From the NCBI GenBank assembly GCA_964252035.1, contig OZ176206.1: a stretch of 64,000 nt of DNA; one strand, given 5' to 3'. The notes beneath the pieces were generated by a model that was not told the DNA's origin, did no database searches, and saw only the letters and a list, made by a program, of their open reading frames with translations. Numbering within the stretch: the stretch's first letter is position 1; every line of letters begins with the position of its first letter. Shown one piece after another: positions 1-11,467 of this stretch. This stretch comes from Podarcis erhardii. Its lineage: Eukaryota. Made by a program: the position numbers and the translations under genes.

Positions 1-839
1 ATTGTTGGTTCCTTGATGTGGTCACTTACTCTGACTAATTCAGCTAATTGCTCTCCCTTGCAATTTTACGTTTGTTCTGCATATGTCCTATTTGAATGTT
101 TTCTGGGGGTGTTTTCTCTCTCTCCCTCTGCTCCCAAACAACATAGAACTTTAGTGCATGAGGAAAACAGCTGCGGCTCTTTGCTGCTTTTGTGAGCGGA
201 AGGCACAAATCAGTGGAAGAAGAAATAAAAGACACCCCTACCCACTTGTAGGCTCATAATTACTCTTCTGAATGCTCCTAAATTAAATAAGTGTTTTAGC
301 CACATGACTTTTAAAGGTTTGGGTCTTTTTGTTTTCTCTGCAGAGAATAGATCTGAAATAGTTCCTGAAGGGCTCTGTTTGTAAGCGGATTATGAATCTA
401 TTTTTCTGCAGCCATTAAACCGAGAGGCACATTTCCACCACCCTGCCGTAACCCAGGATTCAATCACAGGCAAACCTTCTTCCTGATGTGAAGGGTTTTG
501 TTTTTTTTTAATCGAGTAATATGTACACTGCAGTGGAGAGACGAGTTTAACTTCAGTCGTATATCTAGCTAGCTAGCTCCCGGTTTCTTTTTGACAAATT
601 CCTATCCGTCAGCTTATTAACCCAACCTGCTGTATTGAATGAAATTAGATTCAGGGTCAAAAAGCCAATTTTCATTGAACTCAGTACCTTTCCATGACAG
701 TTCTGCAGCCCAGGTCCTTTACCAAACCTTTGACTTACCTACTCAGTTTCTACGTTAGCCGTCGAACCGCCACATTCAGGACTAGTTGCAACTTCTGGGT
801 TAACCTCAAGGGCAGTCCCACATAGAGCGCATTGCAGCA

Positions 840-1038
840 ATGCTTGCAAAAATGCATATACCAGGGTAAAGTGTGCACATAAAAACATATGTTGGTGAAG
901 ATAACATACCAGAATGCATTATATTAGTGCAAATTGCTTTGTGAAACTGTGTATATTTGGCAAAATTGCTACCTACCTACCTACCTATCTGTGTTTTCCC
1001 ACTAAAATTCTGATGAATTTTCACAAGGACTTTTCATT

Positions 1039-1081
<43 letters not shown>

Positions 1082-1165
1082 ATGTGGAGATGTGGAGAAA
1101 TGAGCTTATAATTAGAACAATAAGTAACTGAGATAAACTAAAACGGAAACGTTCACCTATCCCTA
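840..1165. mobile_element. Partial copy of AT-rich ~450-bp dispersed repeat with TAGGGATG-like ends (hAT/Ac-like non-autonomous element), with internal (CA)n
   Basis: Shares blocks (AAAATGCAT..., GGCAAAATTGC, ATGTGGAGAA, ...CCTATCCCTA end) with copies near 16270, 17170, 29501, 38865, 47745 and 54362. Confidence 0.5.
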
Positions 1166-1997
1166 CATCTGAGTACAGTTGTGCATATGCTGGTGATGCT
1201 ATTGTGTTGAAGGAGAAACTGTTCTCTATGGCTTGCCGAGCAGGGCATAAAAGTGAGAGGCATGGTTTCAAGGGCAGGTTGGCTGCTCACCTCCTTTTGA
1301 GTTACTCACTGAACCAGATCCAGACATGGATTTTGAATGGCGTCTGTGGCCAAGCCTGAACTGCGGGTGGCATGGTTATACTACAGGAACATGGTAGGAC
1401 TATAACATTGTTGGGGGAGATGGAGAGAGAGAGAGGGAGGCATATTTTTTTTTGAACAACTTTCCTCAATAAAGGAATATGTACGGTACTTTTCCCAGTA
1501 ACTTTACAAAGATGAGCTGCTTGTGACTCAGGAATTGCCATTGCTTGCATAAAATAAACATGGCCTTACATAGTTCACTCAGATGCACACATCTTGGCCT
1601 GCGAAGCTGATATATGCATAGCTTTTGCTTTGCTAAAATACATAGAAATATTAGAGGGAAATAGTAAATGTAGCACACTGTCCCCATGTGTTCCTTGCTT
1701 AAATTCATCCCTAGCCTTACCCTTATTCTCAGACCCTTGGTCTACACTGACTGGCAGAGGCTCTCCAGGGGTTCAGGAAGGGGACATTCCCATCCTTACT
1801 TGGAGATGATGGGACCTTCCACATGAAAAACTTGGTCCTTTCCATCTCTTTAAACAATGTCAGTGGTTGATAGAGTCAACAGAATCTTCAACTAGCATTT
1901 TTTAAACCATTATTTAGTGAATTTATATACTGCCCTATACCCACAGGTCTCAGGACAGTTCACAGGATAAAATATAAAAGCACAAAAAACATAACAC

Positions 1998-2247
1998 AAG
2001 AGTTGCCATTTTTCAAAAAATAAAAAACCAGGACACCCCAAAATTTGTTGAGCTTTTTGTGTAGGAAGATCCCCAAGTTGTTGTGCTTTTCTTTTTAACA
2101 AAAATGCCAAAAACAGACAATTTTTCCATTGACTTGCCTAAGATCCAGGGCAAAGCACCACCTTTTAGAAATCCCCCCTCCCCAATGTCAATTCCGCCTT
2201 TGAAATCCTGGTCATGTCCGGGGAAATACAGACATATGGCGGCTCTA
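1998..2247. mobile_element. hAT-like MITE
   Basis: Imperfect TIRs AAGAGTTGCCA ... TGGCGGCTCTA; approximate 8-bp flanks ACATAACA/AAATAACA. Confidence 0.45.
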
Positions 2248-2482
2248 AAATAACAATAACACACACACCCCAACACATTTTAAAAGGGCATAAGAAGCAG
2301 TATTCTCTGCTGGGCAGCAGCAGTCCTTATGAAGCTGTCAGGTCCTCCCCTGGTTCCACAGAGGCCTGTTTCTGAGGCTAATCTCACTGCCTTGGTACGC
2401 AGGGAGTGCTTGACTATTCCCTTTGCCCAAGAGAAGAGGATCTCACTGCTTATCCCTTTCTGTTTGTGTGTGTGTTTTCAAG

Positions 2483-2832
2483 GTGACAACGAGATTGTGA
2501 ACAACATGTACGAAACCGAGGCAGACCTCCTAGCAGGCGAGAGCGGGGAGGAGGAGACCGAGGACAGCATCATGTCCCCCATCCCCGTGGGGCCGCCATC
2601 CCCTTTCCCCGCCGGAGAGGACTTCAACCCCAAGGAAGGCTCTCCGTATGAAGCTCCCGTCTACATCCCCGATGACATTCCAATCCCGCCCGACTTTGAG
2701 CTGAGGGAGTCTTCCATTCCAGGGGCAGGGCTGGGCATCTGGACCAAAAAGAAGATTGAAACTGGGGAAAGATTCGGGCCTTACATGACCTTTCCAAGGA
2801 CGACGTTGAAAGAAGCAAACTTTGGATGGGAG
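2483..2832 (+). CDS. PRDM16: PRDM16 coding exon 2 (N-terminal region and first half of PR/SET domain), internal exon
   Basis: Translation (S)DNEIVNNMYETEADLLAGESGEEETEDSIMSPIPVGPPSPFPAGEDFNPKEGSPYEAPVYIPDDIPIPPDFELRESSIPGAGLGIWTKKKIETGERFGPYMTFPRTTLKEANFGWE aligns without gaps to human PRDM16 as I recall it. VNNMYE and MSPIPVGPPSPFP are PRDM16-specific, not MECOM. Acceptor ttttcaag|GTGAC, donor GAG|gtaaga; 350 nt, phase 1 to phase 0, as in the human exon. Confidence 0.95.
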
Positions 2833-3264
2833 GTAAGAAGGCTTTTGACTAATACGATGGTGATTGGTTTGGCTTTGGAGGAAGGTGCAGCCTTTGTTTT
2901 TGGATGACCTCCAGGACCGGGAAGAAGAGTGGCTTTGTTGATTTCATGTCTTTGTGGATATTCTGATTTTTATTGTGCAATGATTATTTATTGTTATGAA
3001 GGATTCGGTTTCAGTCCCACAAACACACTTTTTGGAAGCTCCACAGCCATTCTTTATAGGGTCCATGGCCTCATAAGATTGAATTATTGAGAAATGGCTT
3101 TTTTTAAGGGCTTTGTGGGAAATTCAAAGTTCAGCACTGATGGGAATGCTGGTTTAAAAGGAGGGTAGTGGTCAGGGGTTGGGCTTGCTGGCATTTGGGG
3201 GTGGGGAAGCAAATGTCCACTTGCTAGCATCAGACCCTTGAGAACCTCCCCCTTTTATTTGTTT

Positions 3265-4149
3265 GAGAGCCAGTGTGGTATAGTGGTTAAGAGCGGTAGA
3301 CTCGTAATCTGGTGAACCGGGTTCAATTCCCTGCTCCTCCACATGCAGCTGCTGGGTGACCTTGGGCTAGTCACACTTCTCTGAAGTCTCTCAGCCCCAT
3401 TCACCTCACAGAGTGTTTAGAATCATAGAATCATAGAGTTGGAAGAGACCACAAGGGCCATCGAGTCCAACCCCCTGCCAAGCAGGAAACACCATCAGAG
3501 CACTCCTGACATATGGTTGTCAAGCCTCTGCTTAAAGACCTCCAAAGAAGGAGACTCCACCACACTCCTTGGCAGCAAATTCCACTGTCGAACAGCTCTT
3601 ACTGTCAGGAAGTTCTTCCTAATGTTTAGGTGGAATCTTCTTTCTTGTAGTTTGGAACCATTGCTCCGTGTCCGCTTCTCTGGAGCAGCAGAAAACAACC
3701 TTTCTCCCTCCTCTATGTGACATCCTTTTATATATTTGAACATGGCTATCATATCACCCCTTAACCTCCTCTTCTCCAGGCTAAACATGCCCAGCTCCCT
3801 TAGCCATTCTTCATAAGGCATCATTTCCAGGCCTTTGACCATTTTGGTTGCCCTCCTCTGGACACGTTCCAGTTTGTCTGTGTCCTTCTTGAACTGTGGT
3901 GCCCAGAACTGGACACAGTACTCCAGGTGAGGTCTGACCAGAGCAGAATACAGTGGCACTATTACTTCCCTTGATCTAGATGCAATACTCCTATTGATGC
4001 AGCCCAGAATTGCATTGGCTTTTTTAGCTGCCGCGTCACACTGTTGGCTCATGTGGAGGAGGAAGGGAAAGGAGAATGTTAGCCACTTTGAGACTCCTTC
4101 AGGTAGTGATAAAGCAGGATATCAAATCCAAACTCTTCTTCTTCTTCTT
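3265..4149 (+). mobile_element. Squam3-type SINE (3265-3418 plus ~4053-4149) interrupted by CR1
   Basis: tRNA-like head GAGAGCCAGTGTGGTATAGTGGTTAAGAGCGGTAGACTCG; body resumes after the CR1 with GGAGGAAGGGAAAGGAGAATGTTAGCC; (CTT)n tail; colinear with copies at 27987 and 32196. Confidence 0.85.
3419..4052 (-). mobile_element. CR1 LINE 3' fragment, young, ORF2 C-terminus still open
   Basis: ORF 3495-4052 reads [48 protein letters not shown]...[14 protein letters not shown], typical CR1 ORF2; 3' UTR ends in (ATTCTATG)n. Confidence 0.95.
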
Positions 4150-4199
4150 TACTGTTTTGCATCTCTATCCCACCATTTCTCCTAGGTGGCTACGTGGTT

Positions 4200-4353
4200 C
4201 TGCCCCTCCCCATCACAACAACCCTGTGAGGTAGGTGAAGCAGAGGGACTGTGGCTGGCCCCTGGTCACCCCAGTGAGCTTCATGGCTGAGCAGGGATTT
4301 GAACCCTAGTTCCCCGGTCCTATGCTGACATTCTGAGTACTCTGTACCATGCT
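4200..4353 (-). mobile_element. Old MIR/Ther1-like CORE SINE
   Basis: ACAACAACCCTGTGAGGTAGG core, GGTCACCC(C)AGTGAGCTTCATGG, and B-box complement GGATTTGAACC. Confidence 0.55.
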
Positions 4354-5045
4354 AGCAGGAGGGCTGAGAAACTCTTGCAAAGGAAGACAGGTTTTCTCTG
4401 TTTTTCCAGATGCATAGAATCTGAATATACTTGGAACAGAATGTGTGGGTGTCGTAAGAACACCAACACTGCATAGAATGCTGTGCCCACAGGCCTAGTT
4501 ATATGTTCAGTTTCTGACAGCAAAGCTTTTAAAACCTGATTTTGTAAACAGTCTTCGTACAGTTATTGAACTCACTGCTAAATATCTCTAGCAGTATGAG
4601 AAGTCCTGCTCCCCTCTCCTCACAAAATATAAACATGATGGACAGTTTTCTCTTAACTTTGACAGGAAAACTGGAACTAGAAAAGCAGCTCACTTTCTAG
4701 GAACATTTTTGAGAGCTCCTCTTTTTTTTTTGGTCAGGCAATAAATGGAACTGCTGGTGTTTTTGCTTCCTGTCCTGGGTGAGAGTCAAGGCAAACACGT
4801 GATGTAGCTGCTTGACAGGTTGCATTTGCTTCCCACTAAACCTGTCGGAAAGGCACTGCTAGTTTTAGGAACTTCTTCTCTCAACAGGCAGGGAAGCCGT
4901 CCAAAAGCAAAACTGACTGGGACCTGTGTTAACCTCAAAAAACACACAAATAAACCAAAACTCACACAGCAGGGCTTTCTTAAGCAGGGGACTCTTGTCA
5001 CCATGCTGAGACCTCTGTATCCTGGCCATTCTGCGTGGATAAGTA

Positions 5046-5287
5046 CAGTGGTACCTTGGGTTACATACGCTTCAGGTTACATACACTTCAGGTTACAGAC
5101 TCCGCTAATCCAGAAATAGTATCTCGGGTTAAGAACTTTGCTTCAGGATGAGAACAGAAATCGTGCTCCAGCGGTGCAGCGGCAGCAGGAGGCCCCATTA
5201 GCTAAAGTGGTGCTTCAGGTTAAGAACAGTTTCAGGTTAAGAACAGACCTCCAGAATGAATTAGGTTCTTAACCCGAGGTACCACTG
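5046..5287 (+). mobile_element. Tc1/mariner-type MITE (CAGTGGTACCT family)
   Basis: TIRs CAGTGGTACCT...AGGTACCACTG; TA on both sides; internal CTTCAGGTTA repeats. Confidence 0.9.
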
Positions 5288-5406
5288 TACCTTCTTAGCT
5301 AGGTATGGGAATCTATGGGAAGCTACCACTTTCTCACCCCCCAAAAAACCTCTGTTGGGCTGCTTCATAGAAAACACTTTTTAAAGCAAAGGTAGGAAAC
5401 CTGCCT

Positions 5407-5762
5407 GGGGACGCAGGTGGCGCTGTGGGTTAAACCACAGAGCCTAGGACTTGCCGATCAGAAGGTCAGCGGTTCGAATCCCTGCGACGGGGTGAGCTCC
5501 CATTGCTCGGTCCCAGCTCCTGCCAACCTAGCAGTTCGAAAGCATGTCAAAGTGCAAGTAGGTAAATAGGTACCGCTCTGGCAGGAAGGTAAACGGCGTT
5601 TCCATGTGCTGCTCTGGTTCACCAGAAGCGGCTTAGTCATGCTGGCCACATGACCCGGAAGCTGTACGCCGGCTCCCTTGGCCAGTAAAGCGAGATGAGC
5701 GCCGCAACCCCAGAGTCGGTCATGACTGGACTTAATGGTCAGGGGTCCCTTTACCTTTACTT
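5407..5762 (+). mobile_element. Sauria SINE (Squam1), full length
   Basis: GGGGACGCAGGTGGCGCTGTGG head, GGTTCGAATCC B box, TTTACCTTTAC tail; 12-bp TSD TAGGAAACCTGC (5393-5404, 5763-5774). Confidence 0.92.
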
Positions 5763-7144
5763 TAGGAAACCTGCAGCCAACTAGATGTTATTGGACTCTA
5801 ACCCACATCAGCCCTGGCCAGCATGACTGATGACCAGGGATGATGGAAATTGTAGGGCCACAGCTTCACCACCACCCCATTTTAAAGCATCGGCTGACGC
5901 ACTCTTGCAGCCCAGTGCCTCCTGAACCCCTTTTTCCCCAAGGGGGGGCTGTACTTCAGAGAGGGAGAGAAGGAAGAAGGAACAGAGCAGGCAGCACCAT
6001 TCAGCTCCTGCATTTCCTGGGCTGAATGGAGCGGTCCTTTACAGGCGGGAGTTGTGAGGCTGGTAGACCCCTTGATAGAAGTGCAAGCTGTGGTTCGAGT
6101 CTCTGCAAGCTCAACAGGTGGTCTGTGCCTACCTTGGATGAGGCCACCTCTGCATCGAGCATAGATGCTCACATTTTTGAGCACCTCTGTTTTGAATAGT
6201 GATTCCATATATCCACAGGAAGCTGGTCCATTAGAGCACAGTGGCAACTGCCCCAGCAACGCCAGTCTGCTCTCATCTCAGCCAGGTCCTCTCATCTCAT
6301 GCGAAAGGTTAGAATCCACATGATCTGCCATGGAGGGCTTGCAAACTTGCACGGGCTGGGAGGAAGCAATGGTTTTGTCCATCATTGGCTCTGGCTCCCC
6401 TTACTGTTGAGCTCCCTGCCTTCCAGCCTATCAGTCCCAGTGAGCACCAGCCACCATTGCATGTATCTACTGCTGACTGTCATTGGTGATGTCTTCGTAT
6501 ATAGTACTTGATCTGCAAGGATAGACATCTTCCCGCTTGGCACTTGTGGTGGTCCTCTTCACCTGCGATGATAAATAATTTTCCTGGCAATCACCGGATG
6601 CTGCTCTTCTCCTAATCTGAGCATTGTTAAAAGAATCTGGCTAGAAACCAGATCATCTCCCAACCTTCCTTCCTCTTATATGTGTGACTTTCCGTGTTCT
6701 TAGGCTGGCATTCCTGTTGCCATTGTACATCTCGCCTTCCTCCTTCCTTGTACCCCAAAGGTGTTGGGAGGGTGGAGGATTTCCTCTTCACAAGGCAAAA
6801 GTGTGATGCTTTCCATGGGGATAGATTCCAGAAGAGCGGCCTTGTTAGCGAGGTGCCGGTGGAAAAGGCATTGAGAGCTGTGGCATGTAAAAGATCTGGC
6901 TGATTTATTGTCGAGCCAAGTGTCAGATGCATGAAGTGGCAAGGGTTTTTCACATCCTGAATGCGATGCATAAACAGTTTACTTTGGACACTTCCAGAGG
7001 CATCTGGCTATGGCGTGGCCCCAGTCTCATGCATGGAAAAAGGATGGGGCAGCCAAGTCTTAAGACTCCTGTGCCACTGGCTGAGGAATTCATGGAGGGG
7101 AGAAAGAAGGCAGAGAAAAGCATTTCTCCCTGTTTGATTAGACT

Positions 7145-7670
7145 ATAACTCATGGGCATCCAGTGAAGCTGGGCATTGGAAGGTTCAGGACAAGCATAAA
7201 ACGACAGAATTTTGCATGGTTAAGCTACTGTCACAAAAGGGAGTGACAGACACCAGCTTGGGTGGGTCTGAAAGCGTATTAGGCAAATTCCCAGAGGATA
7301 AAGCTATCAGTGGCTACTTTCCACGTTAGGTGTGTTAAACCACCACTATCAGAGGCAGCAGTCCTCTGAAGACCAGTTGCTGGGAATCACAGGTGAGGGG
7401 AGAGCATTTCATTTATTTCGTATTTATTTCATAAAATTAATATACCACGAACACAAAGCGACAACTGCAAAGTGGTTTGCAAAAAGGGTAAAACCACATA
7501 TCAATGAAAAAGAGTTTGGAACAGCAATTCAAAACATTTTAAACTGCTGCGCTCAAGTCCTGCTGTCAGCCTTTCCCATAATGGGTATCTGGTTGGCCAC
7601 TGTGAGAAAAGGCTGCTGGACCAGATGGGCTTTTGACCTGATGCAGCTGCAGGGCTCTCCTTACGCTCTA
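7145..7670 (+). mobile_element. Degraded CR1 3' end with internal AT-rich insertion
   Basis: GGAAGGTTCAGGACA, CAGAGGATAAAGCTATCAGTGGCTAC and TCTGGTTGGCCACTGTGAGAAAAGGCTGCTGGAC resemble the CR1 3' UTR; same UTR at 33200 and 42105. Confidence 0.6.
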
Positions 7671-7863
7671 TCTACTTGTGAATTAGAGTGGGTTTGTAAT
7701 AATCCACCTGTGCTTTGGAATGCGAGACAGGACCCCAACAGGTGAGTTCCCCTAAGGCCAAGTCACCTGAAGGTTTAAGTACTTCCTGCTCTACTATGCT
7801 TGCCCAGTGGCAAAGGGGGAGGTTAGGAGAAGAAGTGCTTGGGTTGGGGAGCAGCCTTTAAGG

Positions 7864-8001
7864 CAGTGGTTCTCAACCTGTGAGTCCCCAGATGTTGTTG
7901 GACTACAACTCCCATCACTCCTAGCCAGCATGACCAGTGGTCAGGGATGATGGGAGTTGTAGTCCAACAACATCTGGGGACCCACAGGTTGAGAACCACT
8001 G
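7864..8001. mobile_element. Palindromic hAT MITE (138 bp)
   Basis: Arms CAGTGGTTCTCAACCTGTG...GGACTACAACTCCCATCA and its complement; 8-bp TSD CTTTAAGG/ATTTAAGG. Confidence 0.88.
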
Positions 8002-8480
8002 ATTTAAGGGCTCACACTCTTCAGGTGGGTGGGAGGGCATGAGAAAGCCTTTGTTGGAGCAAGTTGCTCACCTGGAGCTTTCCATAGTCCTGCAGCCCCT
8101 CACCCACTGCATCACTTGGCCCTTTGAGTGCCTGTTGTGGATGGATCAGGACATGGGATACTGAACTGGGTGAATGTTTGTTCAAGCAAAGCAAATGTCC
8201 CATCATTTCATGCTGAAGCCTGCCCACCCCAATATACAAAACCATGCATGTTTAATTCAACAACAAATCAGCTCCTTACCCATTCTCCACTACTACCACT
8301 TATGACTTCATCAAATACTCAACACAAATGGAAATCCATTCAGTGGTTGTTGCGCCTTCAGTTCCCACCATTTATGAGTATGGGCCATGCTGGCTGGGGC
8401 TGATGGGAGATGAAGTCTGAGAGGGCCACAGGCTTCCCATCAGTCATTTAATCAGATGACAGGTTTAACTAGCCAAATCT

Positions 8481-8599
8481 GGGTTCGTATCCAATATAAT
8501 CCTACTCAGAGTGAGCCTGTTGAAATTAATAGGCATGGTTAACTTAGGTCCATTCATTCCAGCCAGTTTCCTCTAAGTAGACCTTAGATGGCTGCAATC
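8481..8599. mobile_element. Palindromic ~120-bp MITE (GGTTGTATCCAA/CCTACTCAGAGTAG family), degraded
   Basis: Same arms as copies at 10790, 27189 and 59216. Confidence 0.55.
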
Positions 8600-9481
8600 T
8601 CTGGAATTTTACACACCAACCCTAACCTTCCCACCATCTGTCAATAAATCAGGACTTCTGCTCAGGTTGCCCAAGAAGAACCAATCACACGCAACGCAGC
8701 CACCCCACACATGTGAATGGATTACTGAATGGAGGAATCAATATGAATAACCTATCAAAACTACCTCCTCCCACTCCCCCCCCAAAAAAAATGGTTGGGG
8801 GGGAAAAAGGATCATTTGCCAAATCTCTCAACAGCTTTCCACTGCATTTAACAAAGGTGCCTCAGAAGATCTTCCTGCCCTGGGATACTTCAACCATGAA
8901 TCTCATAACTTTCGGAATGTTTGATTAGCACCACCTTACGGAGTTGCTTGCAGAAACATCCTCCTTCCCACCTCCTCTTTTTTTTTCAGCCTTGGAAATA
9001 TCAGGCCATTCCAAGCAGGGTGTGGACATGAAGGCAGGCCTGGATTTGCACACATTAAAATATACATTTTATGAGCTAAACGGAAACACCTTGTGGAATG
9101 AAGGAAAACATTCCTTAAGGAGCGCAGCACGTCAGTTGTATGTGTGTGGGGGGGAGAGTGTTGGTTGGCTGCTAAACAGAGGCAACTTCTGAAGGCCGCA
9201 TATGCAACCCCTTTAGAGACTTACTGTAGCTTTAGTCCAGCTTTCCCCTTCGGTAGACTAAATCACCCACCATTCCCAGCCAGCATTGGCAGTGGTCAGG
9301 GACCATAGCAGTCATAGTCCAACAACATCTAGGGATTCAAGGCTGGGAAAAGATATTCTAGGCTGCTCATTGTTCAGAGGGTTTCATGTGGAGTCAGATA
9401 CCTGGTGCATATTTTTTATAAAAAAAATTATTCTCCCTAAAACTCCTGGCTGTCTCTCAGTTTGGGATGGAGAATTTCTCA

Positions 9482-9483
9482 TG

Positions 9484-9514
<31 letters not shown>

Positions 9515-9915
9515 ATAAAACATATTAGTTATCATTCATACAACAGAACTTCACATCTTATACAATCTTTTTGGACTTCCATCAGCCCCTCTGATGGTCT
9601 TCCGTTCTTATCACTTATTCTGCATTTCTTAAATTCCTATTGCCTTTAATTATCTTATCAGTCCCCCTCATTACCTTTTTTTTGCAATATTTCAAATAGT
9701 CCACCTTACAAAACTTCTCACAAACCTACAAGCGTAATATGATCATCACAATTACTCTCCAAATAGTCCGTAAATTTATGCCAGTCTTCTGTGAATCTCT
9801 GGTCCCGCAGATTTCGAATTCTTCCTGTTAATTTATCTAATTCTGCATAGTCCAACAGTTTCATCCTCCATTCTTCTTTTGTCGGTAATTCTTCTTGTTT
9901 CCAGAAACTTAAAAC
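9482..9915 (-). mobile_element. L1-clade LINE 3' fragment with microsatellite tail
   Basis: Minus strand encodes WKQEELPTKEEWRMKLLDYAELDKLTGRIRNLRDQRFTEDWHKFTDYL (L1 ORF2 C-terminus); 18-bp TSD GGGATGGAGAATTTCTCA (9464-9481, 9916-9933). Confidence 0.85.
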
Positions 9916-10789
9916 GGGATGGAGAATTTCTCAACCTCGTGGTTCTAAAGCAAAGGTGGGTAGCCCGCCCGCCCCCAGCCCTGGGGTAGAGGCTGATCTG
10001 TCTCCCCAAGCAATTTTTCTGCCCCCATCTTCATAAGACCCCACTGATTTTGGTGGTAGTAGAAAGAAAAATAAATAAATAAATAAATAAATAAATAAGC
10101 ATTGGCGTTGCCCTTCTAGAGCTGAGGAGTAGGTTGGGGGCAAAAGAGAGGAGGTTGGGGACAAAATTAGAATGAGTTGTCTCTGCCTATCATTGGCCCT
10201 GGCTCAACCTCTCTGTTGTTCTGCCCTGCCAGTCCCAGTGGGCACCAGCAGCTGCTGTGATAACCCCTCCCTCAACTGATCTGCATGGATCAGATGAGGA
10301 GACAGGCACTGTTCACCTGTGGATACCTGTATGTGTGTGTACTGCGTTTCGGGCCTACTGTTCGATCTGGCCTCTTTTGCTCATTCTCTGGTCCTGCCCA
10401 ATTGCTCTCTAGTCCCGAATCCTAGTTCCCAGCCTTCTGACTTCGGCTCCAGACTGCTTCCCACGGCCCAGCCCTGGCAGATACTTCTAAAAATGTAAAT
10501 CATTAAATTGTCCCTGATGGATGTTGAGGCAATAAATAGTATCCATTGTGTACATGCATTTCTGACATCCCTGGGTTGCATCCAGGCTAGGTTAGCCTGG
10601 TCTTCAAAACAAATAGAACTTCCGTCATGACTAATTTGTCCTCCTGGTTTCAGCGGGACCTAAATTAGTCCTTACTCTGCCCTCTAAATCCACCAGTAAA
10701 CATTAAATTGTATATACACATAAACCTTTTTTAAAAATGCTTTTCAATGGAACATTCCAAAGTTCCAAGAAAATAACAGCAGCAACGTG

Positions 10790-10908
10790 GTGTTGTAGCC
10801 CACACTACTCCTACTCAGAGTAGACACATTAAAATTCATGGACATGTCTATTTAGGTCCATTTATTTCAATGGGTCTAGGCTGAGTAGGACTAACTTTGG
10901 ATACAACA
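10790..10908. mobile_element. Palindromic MITE (GGTTGTATCCAA family)
   Basis: CCTACTCAGAGTAGAC ... GGTCTAGGCTGAGTAGGA ... TTGGATACAAC. Confidence 0.65.
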
Positions 10909-11337
10909 TTTGAGGGTTGTTGTTTTTAATGGAAAGAGACCATAATTTATTAGGGTAACGCATGTTTCGCATGTAGAAGGTCCCATGTTTGGGGCTTGGT
11001 ACCTCTGGTTAAAAGGACAAGACAGCAGGTGGTGTACAAGTCTCTTCTCCATCTGATACCCTGGAAAGCTGCTGCCAGTTAGAGCAGAGCAGGAGTAGTT
11101 AATGTGGTGTCCTTCAGATGTTGCTGGACTCCAACTCCCATTGCTCCAAGCCTCCATCATCTGAAGGAAGCTATGTTGCCTATCCCTGGAACAGACAGCA
11201 CTGGGCACTGTCTGACTGTTGTGCCTTCATTGCCAAGCTGGTGGGCTTCTGAAAGCATATGGCGGCCACTGTGGAAAACAAGTGGTTGGACTAGGTCAGG
11301 AGTGGGGAACTGCAAGCCCAGGACCAAATGCATCCCA

Positions 11338-11467
11338 CAGGCCTGGCCAAACTTGGCCCTCTGGCTGTTTTGGGACTACAATTCCCATCATCCCTAGCTA
11401 ACAGGACCAGTGGGTGATGGGAATTGTAGTCCCAAAACAGCTGGAGGGCCAAGTTTGGCCAGGCCTG
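11338..11467. mobile_element. Palindromic hAT-like MITE
   Basis: Arms CAGGCCTGGCCAAACTTGGCCCTC...GGGACTACAATTCCCATCA and complement; no TSD recognised. Confidence 0.75.

Larger units (their letters stand above)
1..2482 (+). other. PRDM16: 3' part of PRDM16 intron 1
   Basis: Lies upstream of the exon-2 acceptor (TGTGTTTTCAAG, AG at 2481-2482); no upstream exon recognised in the window. Confidence 0.85.

Noticed and set aside
2329-2907. 192-aa ORF as a complete single-exon gene
   Set aside because: Only 2483-2832 matches PRDM16 and it is bounded by canonical splice sites; the flanks are intronic read-through.
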